Shown here piece by piece: positions 48,101 through 63,100 of a stretch of DNA of 64,000 bases (its first letter is position 1; the number at the start of each line of letters is the position of its first letter). Where the stretch lies: positions 7,006,001-7,070,000 of the forward strand of contig OZ024765.1 in the NCBI GenBank assembly GCA_964016885.1. Direction: 5' to 3'. This stretch comes from Eledone cirrhosa (taxonomy: Eukaryota). The translations under genes were made by a program, and so were the position numbers. The notes under the pieces were generated by a model. It made no database searches and was not told the DNA's origin. It saw only the letters and a list, made by a program, of their open reading frames with translations.

Positions 48101-51100
48101 CGTAAATTGTTTAGCCTGATTCCTATATATAGATAATGTGTAATATTTGAACCTTCATGGAGGGTCTTTGCCGTAATTTCCCGTAACTCCGACTAGAAGT
48201 CATTATGTAGTTTTTTTCGTCCGTTAAAAATAATGATTAAAACAATTCTATATCCACAGTTATATACACCTCTTCATCACATATTATATTATTTCCACCA
48301 ATAACTACATTATATCCTTAAATATGACACCAAGACATATAATTTGTAAATAAAAGATAAAATATTAAAACCTCAATTTTTAAATAATTTTACTCCACCT
48401 TTGTGTTCTCAGTGTTTAGATTAACCCATAATTTTTATGATTTGGGAGCATATAACTTATAGTACCAGTCATGTACTGGGATCAATTTAACGGATTGGTT
48501 CCTCCCCGCAAATTACTTGACTTTTGCCTAAGTAAGACATACTCACAGAATGTATCGATGTATATATATATATTAGTATATTTTATGTTTACAATAAAAA
48601 TAGACAAACAATTTAATGATAATATGAAATGAAATTATTATTATTTATTAATAATATTTTTATTGTTTTCACTGCATTAACTTCTGAGTGTGACTTTGTT
48701 TTTCTTACTATTTTCTACTGTAAATGGCGGCTTAATTGGATTATTACTAAGGTTTACTGGATTGTGGTGTTTCTTTATTGTTTTATATTTCAATCAGTGG
48801 ACATCAGGATAGCTTTCTATATACCTGGGATAAATGTAAAGAGTACTGACTTTCATCTGCAGTTCAATGGTGATGTCTTCTTATATTTTCATTTACTTCT
48901 GCAATACTGTATATTGTAGTCTTTTCATTATTTTAAATATTTCTATCATGTCACTCGTTTGATATATCTCCCCGAAAGATATAGTTATTCAGAGCTTTAC
49001 ATTGGAATAGTGTACTACTATTTAAATATTAGTCCTTTAAATATATATTTCTATCATGTCCCCCCCACCCCCACACCTTCTTAGATTTATCTCCTCTAAA
49101 TTTGCAATCCCTAAAGTTTAACATCTTTCTTCAGAAGACAGATTTCTTAATAATTCTGGTGTTTTCTGTTTTGTTCTTTTCTGGATTCCTTCAATAGCTT
49201 CTCCGTATTTTCTGAAGTCGTCTGACCATGCCCCAAAACAATATTCTAGGTCGTATCACACATATCATTCAACTAGTGTTTTAGACTTCTCGACATTTAG
49301 CTTGGCAAAGGAATGTTTTATTATTCCTATCATCTGAATTCCTTTTTTTTCTTCAACATGTTTAGCCATCTTTAAAATCATATTCATACATATTCACAAT
49401 TCCTCGTGGAGGGGTATAAGAGACATGTATAAATATAGCTGCATATTACTACAAAATAACTTGAACCATATCGCGAAACATTTTGTAAAGTATCTCTGTA
49501 ATTATTCTCATTTCGATTTTCTGTAGAATGTATTGACGTTTAAGATAGAGACAATTGCCCTTCTTCTAATAATCTCTTTGTCCATTCCATGTTTAGTCTC
49601 ACAAAATATTGTTAATGCAAGATTTTACTCTAATGTAATAAATGTTACTTTTAAAAGACCGAAGTTCTCAATTTTCTTCTTTCTCTTGTATATTGATATC
49701 TAAAGGATGACAAATGTATAAATTATGTGATAGGGAGGGAAAAAAAAAAAAGCCACGACCTTCTTCTCTCGTTACAGAAGGCTAACTGACAACGTCTTTC
49801 GCAGGAGTGACTAGTACTACTGCCTTTTATATACCGTGACAACTGGAAAGACGTGACAAATAAGGATACACTCTGCTCTCCTTATCAACATTGTCCGAGT
49901 CTGAGGACCTTTCCTCCCTGGTTAAGGAGTGAGATAAAATATTAGGGATCAATCTCTAGCAATAATTTTTATCTAATTATTATCAAACAAAACAGATTTA
50001 TATATTGTCGCCGTTGTACGTTAACATCGCAAATATATTTATATACACACCAAGGATGGAGGGACGACGGAATTGAAAACAATTATTGCTGAGTACATCA
50101 CGGCAAGATCTAATCTAATAGATACACACACTCTCCCGTATATATTTAATAATCAGCTATGACCATGAAGAAGGTCCCTGTAGATCATCTGGTTGTAGGA
50201 TCTAATGAACCCGAATGAAAGTGAAAATATATTTTATGAAAGCCCCAGAAGAATAAATGTAAACATTGACTCGATTATAGTAGAAATAAGAATGAGAAAG
50301 CCATGAACGCCATCACATCTATTTTGCTTGGAAATTGAAAGTAGGTTTATAAATATAAATTTTTTCTTATGTTCTTGTATCTGTTTCGTTGGCCTAATGG
50401 TAGGTGTTAGAGACTGATGTGGTGTTCAATCTCAGTCCGAATCTGTACTATATATTTAAAAATTTAAATTTTTCTCTAGCAAAGTAAAAAATGAAATTAT
50501 TACCTATAGACTTTGACTGAGATCGAAACTCAGAGCAGGTTCTCCACCGTCTCTAATACCTACCATTAGGCCACGGAGACAGATATAAAAACAGTGTGAA
50601 AATTAATATTTATAAAGTTACTTTTTTATTTTTGTTTTATACTATAAAAAATATAATACGACACACTGCCAGTGATTGAACCCCGGACCTGGACCTCCAC
50701 CGGCTCTTATACTTACCACTAAGCTAAAGGGACGGTTACAGAAACTTACTGAAAATTAATATTTATAAACCTACTTTTTCATTACTAGAAAAAACCGGAA
50801 GTGGAGAAAATTGAAAAACATCTTCTTTTTCTTCCTCTGATTTTTTTTTATCCAAAATTTGGATTTAAGTCAGAGACGAGTTATCGTTCGTGGCAAAAAT
50901 CAGAGGAAGAAAAAGAAGAAGTTTTTCAATTTTCTCCACTTCCGGTTTTTTCTAGTATAGGTAAGTAAATATTAATTTTCAAAAAATTTTTGTAACCGTC
51001 CCTGTGGCCTAATGGTAAGCACTAGAGACGGTGGAGATCCTGATTTAGGGTTCGATTTCCGTTAGGTTTTATACTAATAACTGCGTATTTGTTTCTTTTA

Positions 51101-54100
51101 TTAAGTAAGATTTGAACTAATAATGCTGTACTTTGTAGTAATGTCCCATATTATATTCAACATATTTTAATTAAAATTTATTTTTTTTATAAAAGAAAGA
51201 ACAAAAAACCTTATTGAAATTAAGAAATGAATTTTATTCAGTAAAGTTGTTTTTATTTTGTTTTCACTTCATTAACTGCTGAATACGTCTTTTGTTTTTG
51301 TTTTTGATTCTTTCTAACCATTGTTTACTGTGAATGGTGACTGCAACGAACCTGGATTATTACCAAGTTTCACTGGATGATTGTATTATTTTGTTGTCAG
51401 TGGACATCTGGACATCTATCTAAATACCTGGAATAAACACAAGGTGTGTGTTTTACGTAACATTTCATTTTAATGTCTGATGTTCCTGTATTTCACATTT
51501 AAAATGTAACCAAAAATAAACAAGACAGGGACGCTACATCAAAATAAACCACACAGACGAGGTACGAATAATCTAAAATTAATTTTAACAAACTATAAAC
51601 GATGTTTAAAGAGAGACGAACATTAAAATAGGATTTCAAACAAACACGTAAACACAAAGACAATTACAGCCGCCATAATCTAATATCTGAAGATCAACAT
51701 TTTTCACGATAGAAATAAAACTAAATATGTAAAGTTTAGTGGCCCCTGATTTACTTGCTTTTAATTTCATTTTGATAATCTGTATTGTATTCTGTAGACA
51801 TATATTTATGATTTTAATGATGAAATTTCCTCTTGTCTTTAAAAGATTATTACTTATAAAAATTATAATAGTCACCTCCTCCTCTCGATTAATATGTAGC
51901 TTACCCACAGGGGTTCCTCAACTGGGCGGTTTCAACTGTTGGGTGGGCGATGAGCAGCTGAACAGAAAATTGAGGGCCATTGGAAACTTTGGTGGCCGAT
52001 ATAGAATTTTGAGATTTAAGAAGGTATGCTACCCGAAAACCTATTCAAGGAATATATGCAAAGAACCTGAATAAAAATCAGGAAGCTAATTGGGAAAATT
52101 AAACCAGGAACAAACATTTACGAAACATATTTGGTATACTTTGGAATATTTACTATACAGGTGGCTGGTGGAACATTTTTTCATGTGAATGTGGGAAATG
52201 ACGCCAAAATATTTGGCAACCCTTGGCTTACACCTTACTAAATGTTCTGGAGACAAGCCTCTTAGCTATATATCATAGTTCTTCAATCCTTCATCTTCCA
52301 CAGTTGGTGAAGTATTTCGATTTGATATGACGATCGCAGAGTTAGATTTAGGACGTGGTGGCGTTCATGGGTTTCTTAGTGTTGTTACTAGAAAGGGTCG
52401 ACTCTGTCTTTCACACTTCAGGTTTTTTCATGAATTAAATATCCATTTTCTTTCTGATCGGTCTAACAATGATTTCAACCTACAATGACTCCGTCTGTAA
52501 TAATGTTCTCTTATTTGAAATATGCCATACCTAACTCCCGTGTCTGTGTGTGTGAAAAATATTCCAACTTAGAGCGACGTGCCCGTAAATTGTTTAGCCT
52601 GATTCCTATATATAGATAATGTGTAATATTTGAACCTTCATGGAGGGTCTTTGCCGTAATTTCCCGTAACTCCGACTAGAAGTCATTATGTAGTTTTTTT
52701 CGTCCGTTAAAAATAATGATTAAAACAATTCTATATCCACAGTTATATACACCTCTTCATCACATATTATATTATTTCCACCAATAACTACATTATATCC
52801 TTAAATATGACACCAAGACATATAATTTGTAAATAAAAGATAAAATATTAAAACCTCAATTTTTAAATAATTTTACTCCACCTTTGTGTTCTCAGTGTTT
52901 AGATTAACCCATAATTTTTATGATTTGGGAGCATATAACTTATAGTACCAGTCATGTACTGGGATCAATTTAACGGATTGGTTCCTCCCCGCAAATTACT
53001 TGACTTTTGCCTAAGTAAGACATACTCACAGAATGTATCGATGTATATATATATATTAGTATATTTTATGTTTACAATAAAAATAGACAAACAATTTAAT
53101 GATAATATGAAATGAAATTATTATTATTTATTAATAATATTTTTATTGTTTTCACTGCATTAACTTCTGAGTGTGACTTTGTTTTTCTTACTATTTTCTA
53201 CTGTAAATGGCGGCTTAATTGGATTATTAAATTGGATTATTACTAAGGTTTACTGGATTGTGGTGTTTCTTTATTGTTTTATATTTCAATCAGTGGACAT
53301 CAGGATAGCTTTCTATATACCTGGGATAAATGTAAAGAGTACTGACTTTCATCTGCAGTTCAATGGTGATGTCTTCTTATATTTTCATTTACTTCTGCAA
53401 TACTGTATATTGTAGTCTTTTCATTATTTTAAATATTTCTATCATGTCACTCGTTTGATATATCTCCCCGAAAGATATAGTTATTCAGAGCTTTACATTG
53501 GAAAATAGTGTACTACTATTTAAATATTAGTCCTTTAAATATATATTTCTATCATGTCCCCCCCCCCCCACCTTCTTAGATTTATCTCCTCTAAATTTGC
53601 AATCCCTAAAGTTTAACATCTTTCTTCAGAAGACAGATTTCTTAATAATTCTGGTGTTTTCTGTTTTGTTCTTTTCTGGATTCCTTCAATAGCTTCTCCG
53701 TATTTTCTGAAGTCGTCTGACCATGCCCCAAAATAATATTCTAGGTCGTATCACACATATCATTCAACTAGTGTTTTAGACTTCTCGACATTTAGCTTGG
53801 CAAAGGAATGTTTTATTATTCCTATCATCTGAATTCCTTTTTTTTTTTTCAACATGTTTAGCCATCTTTAAAATCATATTCATACATATTCACAATTCCT
53901 CGTGGAGGGGTATAAGAGACATGTATAATAATAGCTGCATATTACTACAAAATAACTTGAAACCATATCGCGAAACATTTTGTAAAGTATTTCTGTAATT
54001 ATTCTCATTTCGATTTTCTGGAGAATGTATTGACGTTTAAGATAGAGACAATTGCCCCTTCTTCTAATAACCTCTTTGTCCATTCCATGTTTAGTCTCAC

Positions 54101-57100
54101 AAAATATTGTTAATGCAAGATTTTACTCTAATGTAATAAATGTTACTTTTAAAAAGACCGAAGTTCTCAATTTTCTTCTTTCTCTTGTATATTGATATCT
54201 AAAGGATGACAACTGTATGAATTATGTGATAGGGAGGAAAAAAAAAAGCCACGACCTTCTTCTCTCGTTACAGAAGGCTAACTGACAACGTCTTTCGCAG
54301 GAGTGACTAGTACTACTGCCTTTTATATACCGTGACAACTGGAAAGACGTGACAAATAAGGATACACTCTGCTCTCCCTTATCAACATTGTCCGAGTCTG
54401 AGGACCTTTCCTCCCTGGTTAAGGAGTGAGATAAAATATTAGGGATCAATCTCTAGCAATAATTTTTATCTAATTATTATCAAACAAAACAGATTTATAT
54501 ATTGTCGCCGTTGTACGTTAACATCGCAAATATATTTATATACACACCAAGGATGGAGGGACGACGGAATTGAAAACAATTATTGCTGAGTACATCACGG
54601 CAAGATCTAATCTAATAGATACACACACTCTCCCGTATATATTTAATAATCAGCTATGACCATGAAGAAGGTCCCTGTAGATCATCTGGTTGTAGGATCT
54701 AATGAACCCGAATGAAAGTGAAAATATATTTTATGAAAGCCCCAGAAGAATAAATGTAAACATTGACTCGATTATAGTAGAAATAAGAATGAGAAAGCCA
54801 TGAACGCCATCACATCTATTTTGCTTGGAAATTGAAAGTAGGTTTATAAATATAAATTTTTTCTTATGTTCTTGTATCTGTTTCGTTGGCCTAATGGTAG
54901 GTGTTAGAGACTATGTAGACACTGATGTGGTGTTCAATCTCAGTCCGAATCTGTACTATATATTTAAAAATTTAAATTTTTCTCTAGCAAAGTAAAAAAT
55001 GAAATTATTACCTATAGACTTTGACTGAGATCGAAACTCAGAGCAGGTTCTCCACCGTCTCTAATACCTACCATTAGGCCACGGAGACAGATATAAAAAC
55101 AGTGTGAAAATTAATATTTATAAAGTTACTTTTTTATTTTTGTTTTATACTATAAAAAATATAATACGACACACTGCCAGTGATTGAACCCCGGACCTGG
55201 ACCTCCACCGGCTCTTATACTTACCACTAAGCTAAAGGGACGGTTACAGAAACTTACTGAAAATTAATATTTATAAACCTACTTTTTCATTACTAGAAAA
55301 AACCGGAAGTGGAGAAAATTGAAAAACATCTTCTTTTTCTTCCTCTGATTTTTTTTTATCCAAAATTTGGATTTAAGTCAGAGACGAGTTATCGTTCGTG
55401 GCAAAAATCAGAGGAAGAAAAAGAAGAAGTTTTTCAATTTTCTCCACTTCCGGTTTTTTCTAGTATAGGTAAGTAAATATTAATTTTCAAAAAATTTTTG
55501 TAACCGTCCCTGTGGCCTAATGGTAAGCACTAGAGACGGTGGAGATCCTGATTTAGGGTTCGATTTCCGTTAGGTTTTATACTAATAACTGCGTATTTGT
55601 TTCTTTTATTAAGTAAGATTTGAACTAATAATGCTGTACTTTGTAGTAATGTCCCATATTATATTCAACATATTTTAATTAACATTTTTTTTTTTTATAA
55701 AAGAAAGAACAAAAAACCTTATTGAAATTAAGAAATGAATTTTATTCAGTAAAGTTGTTTTTATTTTGTTTTCACTTCATTAACTGCTGAATACGTCTTT
55801 TGTTTTTGTTTTTGATTCTTTCTAACCATTGTTTACTGTGAATGGTGACTGCAACGAACCTGGATTATTACCAAGTTTCACTGGATGATTGTATTATTTT
55901 GTTGTCAGTGGACATCTGGACATCTATCTAAATACCTGGAATAAACACAAGGTGTGTGTTTTACGTAACATTTCATTTTAATGTCTGATGTTCCTGTATT
56001 TCACATTTAAAATGTAACCAAAAATAAACAAGACAGGGACGCTACATCAAAATAAACCACACAGACGAGGTACGAATAATCTAAAATTAATTTTAACAAA
56101 CTATAAACGATGTTTAAAGAGAGACGAACATTAAAATAGGATTTCAAACAAACACGTAAACACAAAGACAATTACAGCCGCCATAATCTAATATCTGAAG
56201 ATCAACATTTTTCACGATAGAAATAAAACTAAATATGTAAAGTTTAGTGGCCCCTGATTTACTTGCTTTTAATTTCATTTTGATAATCTGTATTGTATTC
56301 TGTAGACATATATTTATGATTTTAATGATGAAATTTCCTCTTGTCTTTAAAAGATTATTACTTATAAAAATTATAATAGTCACCTCCTCCTCTCGATTAA
56401 TATGTAGCTTACCCACAGGGATTCCTCAACTGGGCGGTTTCAACTGTTGGGTGGGCGATGAGCAGCTGAACAGAAAATTGAGGGCCATTGGAAACTTTGG
56501 TGGCCGATATAGAATTTTGAGATTTAAGAAGGTATGCTACCCGAAAACCTATTCAAGGAATATATGCAAAGAACCTGAATAAAAATCAGGAAGCTAATTG
56601 GGAAAATTAAACCAGGAACAAACATTTACGAAACATATTTGGTATACTTTGGAATATTTACTATACAGGTGGCTGGTGGAACATTTTTTCATGTGAATGT
56701 GGGAAATGACGCCAAAATATTTGGCAACCCTTGGCTTACACCTTACTAAATGTTCTGGAGACAAGCCTCTTAGCTATATATCATAGTTCTTCAATCCTTC
56801 ATCTTCCACAGTTGGTGAAGTATTTCGATTTGATATGACGATCGCAGAGTTAGATTTAGGACGTGGTGGCGTTCATGGGTTTCTTAGTGTTGTTACTAGA
56901 AAGGGTCGACTCTGTCTTTCACACTTCAGGTTTTTTCATGAATTAAATATCCATTTTCTTTCTGATCGGTCTAACAATGATTTCAACCTACAATGACTCC
57001 GTCTGTAATAATGTTCTCTTATTTGAAATATGCCATACCTAACTCCCGTGTCTGTGTGTGTGAAAAATATTCCAACTTAGAGCGACGTGCCCGTAAATTG

Positions 57101-60100
57101 TTTAGCCTGATTCCTATATATAGATAATGTGTAATATTTGAACCTTCATGGAGGGTCTTTGCCGTAATTTCCCGTAACTCCGACTAGAAGTCATTATGTA
57201 GTTTTTTCGTCCGTTAAAAATAATGATTAAAACAATTCTATATCCACAGTTATATACACCTCTTCATCACATATTATATTATTTCCACCAATAACTACAT
57301 TATATCCTTAAATATGACACCAAGACATATAATTTGTAAATAAAAGATAAAATATTAAAACCTCAATTTTTAAATAATTTTACTCCACCTTTGTGTTCTC
57401 AGTGTTTAGATTAACCCATAATTTTTATGATTTGGGAGCATATAACTTATAGTACCAGTCATGTACTGGGATCAATTTAACGGATTGGTTCCTCCCCGCA
57501 AATTACTTGCCTTTTGCCTAAGTAAGACATACTCACAGAATGTATCGATGTATATATATATATTAGTATATTTTATGTTTACAATAAAAATAGACAAACA
57601 ATTTAATGATAATATGAAATGAAATTATTATTATTTATTAATAATATTTTTATTGTTTTCACTGCATTAACTTCTGAGTGTGACTTTGTTTTTCTTACTA
57701 TTTTCTACTGTAAATGGCGGCTTAATTGGATTATTACTAAGGTTTACTGGATTGTGGTGTTTCTTTATTGTTTTATATTTCAATCAGTGGACATCAGGAT
57801 AGCTTTCTATATACCTGGGATAAATGTAAAGAGTACTGACTTTCATCTGCAGTTCAATGGTGATGTCTTCTTATATTTTCATTTACTTCTGCAATACTGT
57901 ATATTGTAGTCTTTTCATTATTTTAAATATTTCTATCATGTCACTCGTTTGATATATCTCCCCGAAAGATATAGTTATTCAGAGCTTTACATTGGAAAAT
58001 AGTGTACTACTATTTAAATATTAGTCCTTTAAATATATATTTCTATCATGTCCCCCCCCCCCCCCCACCTTCTTAGATTTATCTCCTCTAAATTTGCAAT
58101 CCCTAAAGTTTAACATCTTTCTTCAGAAGACAGATTTCTTAATAATTCTGGTGTTTTCTGTTTTGTTCTTTTCTGGATTCCTTCAATAGCTTCTCCGTAT
58201 TTTCTGAAGTCGTCTGACCATGCCCCAAAATAATATTCTAGGTCGTATCACACATATCATTCAACTAGTGTTTTAGACTTCTCGACATTTAGCTTGGCAA
58301 AGGAATGTTTTATTATTCCTATCATCTGAATTCCTTTTTTTTTTTCAACATGTTTAGCCATCTTTAAAATCATATTCATACATATTCACAATTCCTCGTG
58401 GAGGGGTATAAGAGACATGTATAATAATAGCTGCATATTACTACAAAATAACTTGAACCATATCGCGAAACATTTTGTAAAGTATTTCTGTAATTATTCT
58501 CATTTCGATTTTCTGGAGAATGTATTGACGTTTAAGATAGAGACAATTGCCCTTCTTCTAATAACCTCTTTGTCCATTCCATGTTTAGTCTCACAAAATA
58601 TTGTTAATGCAAGATTTTACTCTAATGTAATAAATGTTACTTTTAAAAGACCGAAGTTCTCAATTTTCTTCTTTCTCTTGTATATTGATATCTAAAGGAT
58701 GACAACTGTATGAATTATGTGATAGGGAGGAAAAAAAAAGCCACGACCTTCTTCTCTCGTTACAGAAGGCTAACTGACAACGTCTTTCGCAGGAGTGACT
58801 AGTACTACTGCCTTTTATATACCGTGACAACTGGAAAGACGTGACAAATAAGGATACACTCTGCTCTCCTTATCAACATTGTCCGAGTCTGAGGACCTTT
58901 CCTCCCTGGTTAAGGAGTGAGATAAAATATTAGGGATCAATCTCTAGCAATAATTTTTATCTAATTATTATCAAACAAAACAGATTTATATATTGTCGCC
59001 GTTGTACGTTAACATCGCAAATATATTTATATACACACCAAGGATGGAGGGACGACGGAATTGAAAACAATTATTGCTGAGTACATCACGGCAAGATCTA
59101 ATCTAATAGATACACACACTCTCCCGTATATATTTAATAATCAGCTATGACCATGAAGAAGGTCCCTGTAGATCATCTGGTTGTAGGATCTAATGAACCC
59201 GAATGAAAGTGAAAATATATTTTATGAAAGCCCCAGAAGAATAAATGTAAACATTGACTCGATTATAGTAGAAATAAGAATGAGAAAGCCATGAACGCCA
59301 TCACATCTATTTTGCTTGGAAATTGAAAGTAGGTTTATAAATATAAATTTTTTCTTATGTTCTTGTATCTGTTTCGTTGGCCTAATGGTAGGTGTTAGAG
59401 ACTATGTAGACACTGATGTGGTGTTCAATCTCAGTCCGAATCTGTACTATATATTTAAAAATTTAAATTTTTCTCTAGCAAAGTAAAAAATGAAATTATT
59501 ACCTATAGACTTTGACTGAGATCGAAACTCAGAGCAGGTTCTCCACCGTCTCTAATACCTACCATTAGGCCACGGAGACAGATATAAAAACAGTGTGAAA
59601 ATTAATATTTATAAAGTTACTTTTTTATTTTTGTTTTATACTATAAAAAATATAATACGACACACTGCCAGTGATTGAACCCCGGACCTGGACCTCCACC
59701 GGCTCTTATACTTACCACTAAGCTAAAGGGACGGTTACAGAAACTTACTGAAAATTAATATTTATAAACCTACTTTTTCATTACTAGAAAAAACCGGAAG
59801 TGGAGAAAATTGAAAAACATCTTCTTTTTCTTCCTCTGATTTTTTTTTATCCAAAATTTGGATTTAAGTCAGAGACGAGTTATCGTTCGTGGCAAAAATC
59901 AGAGGAAGAAAAAGAAGAAGTTTTTCAATTTTCTCCACTTCCGGTTTTTTCTAGTATAGGTAAGTAAATATTAATTTTCAAAAAATTTTTGTAACCGTCC
60001 CTGTGGCCTAATGGTAAGCACTAGAGACGGTGGAGATCCTGATTTAGGGTTCGATTTCCGTTAGGTTTTATACTAATAACTGCGTATTTGTTTCTTTTAT

Positions 60101-63100
60101 TAAGTAAGATTTGAACTAATAATGCTGTACTTTGTAGTAATGTCCCATATTATATTCAACATATTTTAATTAACATTTTTTTTTTTTATAAAAGAAAGAA
60201 CAAAAAACCTTATTGAAATTAAGAAATGAATTTTATTCAGTAAAGTTGTTTTTATTTTGTTTTCACTTCATTAACTGCTGAATACGTCTTTTGTTTTTGT
60301 TTTTGATTCTTTCTAACCATTGTTTACTGTGAATGGTGACTGCAACGAACCTGGATTATTACCAAGTTTCACTGGATGATTGTATTATTTTGTTGTCAGT
60401 GGACATCTGGACATCTATCTAAATACCTGGAATAAACACAAGGTGTGTGTTTTACGTAACATTTCATTTTAATGTCTGATGTTCCTGTATTTCACATTTA
60501 AAATGTAACCAAAAATAAACAAGACAGGGACGCTACATCAAAATAAACCACACAGACGAGGTACGAATAATCTAAAATTAATTTTAACAAACTATAAACG
60601 ATGTTTAAAGAGAGACGAACATTAAAATAGGATTTCAAACAAACACGTAAACACAAAGACAATTACAGCCGCCATAATCTAATATCTGAAGATCAACATT
60701 TTTCACGATAGAAATAAAACTAAATATGTAAAGTTTAGTGGCCCCTGATTTACTTGCTTTTAATTTCATTTTGATAATCTGTATTGTATTCTGTAGACAT
60801 ATATTTATGATTTTAATGATGAAATTTCCTCTTGTCTTTAAAAGATTATTACTTATAAAAATTATAATAGTCACCTCCTCCTCTCGATTAATATGTAGCT
60901 TACCCACAGGGGTTCCTCAACTGGGCGGTTTCAACTGTTGGGTGGGCGATGAGCAGCTGAACAGAAAATTGAGGGCCATTGGAAACTTTGGTGGCCGATA
61001 TAGAATTTTGAGATTTAAGAAGGTATGCTACCCGAAAACCTATTCAAGGAATATATGCAAAGAACCTGAATAAAAATCAGGAAGCTAATTGGGAAAATTA
61101 AACCAGGAACAAACATTTACGAAACATATTTGGTATACTTTGGAATATTTACTATACAGGTGGCTGGTGGAACATTTTTTCATGTGAATGTGGGCAATGA
61201 CGCCAAAATATTTGGCAACCCTTGGCTTACACCTTACTAAATGTTCTGGAGACAAGCCTCTTAGCTATATATCATAGTTCTTCAATCCTTCATCTTCCAC
61301 AGTTGGTGAAGTATTTCGATTTGATATGACGATCGCAGAGTTAGATTTAGGACGTGGTGGCGTTCATGAGTTTCTTAGTGTTGTTACTAGAAAGGGTCGA
61401 CTCTGTCTTTCACACTTCAGGTTTTTTCATGAATTAAATATCCATTTTCTTTCTGATCGGTCTAACAATGATTTCAACCTACAATGACTCCGTCTGTAAT
61501 AATGTTCTCTTATTTGAAATATGCCATACCTAACTCCCGTGTCTGTGTGTGTGAAAAATATTCCAACTTAAAGCGACGTGCCCGTAAATTGTTTAGCCCG
61601 ATTCCTCTATATAGATAATGTGTAATATTTCAACCTTCATGGAGGGTCTTTATCGTAATTTCCCGTAACTCCGACTAGAAGTCATTATGTAGTTTTTTCG
61701 TCCGTTAAAAATAATGATTAAAACAATTCTATATCCACAGTTATATACACCTCTTCATCACATATTATATTATTTCCACCAATAACTACATTATATCCTT
61801 AAATATGACACCAAGACATATAATTTGTAAATAAAAGATAAAATATTAAAACCTCAATTTTTAAATAATTTTACCCCACCTTTGTGTTTTCAGTGTTTAG
61901 ATTAACCCATAATTTTATGATTTGGGAGCATATAACTTATAGTACCAGTCATGTACTGGGATCAATTTAACGGATTGGTTCCTCCCCGCAAATTACTTGA
62001 CTTTTGCCTAAGTAAGACATACTCACAGAATGTATCGATGTATATGTATGAATGTATATATATATATTAGTATATTTTATGTTTACAATAAAAATAGACA
62101 AACAATTTAATGATAATATGAAATGAAATTATTATTATTTATTAATAATATTTTTATTGTTTTCACTGCATTAACTTGTGAGTGTGACTTTGTTTTTCTT
62201 ACTATTTTCTACTGTAAATGGCGGCTTAATTGGATTATTACTAAGGTTTAATGGATTGTGGTGTTTCTTTATTGTTTTATATTTCAATCAGTGGACATCA
62301 GGATAGCTTTCTATATACCTGGGATAAATGTAAAGAGTACTGACTTTCATCTGCAGTTCAATGGTGATGTCTTCTTATATTTTCATTTACTTCTGCAATA
62401 CTGTATATTGTAGTCTTTTCATTATTTTAAATATTTCTATCATGTCACTCGTTTGGTATATCTCCCCGAAAGATATAGTTATTCAGAGCTTTACATTGGA
62501 ATAGTGTACTACTATTTAAATATTAGTCCTTTAAATATATATTTCTATCATGTGTCCCCCCCCCCCCCCCCACCTTCTTAGATTTATCTCCTCTAAATTT
62601 GCAATCCCTAAAGTTTAACATCTTTCTTCAGAAGACAGATTTCTTAATAATTCTGGTGTTTTCTGTTTTGTTCTTTTCTGGATTCCTTCAATAGCTTCTC
62701 CGTATTTTCTGAAGTCGTCTGACCATGCCCCAAAATAATATTCTAGGTCGTATCACACATATCATTCAACTAGTGTTTTAGACTTCTCGACATTTAGCTT
62801 GGCAAAAGGAATGTTTTATTATTCCTATCATCTGAATTCCTTTTTTTTCTTCAACATGTTTAGCCATCTTTAAAATCATATTCATACATATTCACAATTC
62901 CTCGTGGAGGGGTATAAGAGACATGTATAAATATAGCTGCATATTACTACAAAATAACTTGAACCATATCGCGAAACATTTTGTAAAGTATCTCTGTAAT
63001 TATTCTCATTTCGATTTTCTGGAGAATGTATTGACGTTTAAGATAGAGACAATTGCCCTTCTTCTAATAACCTCTTTGTCCATTCCATGTTTAGTCTCAC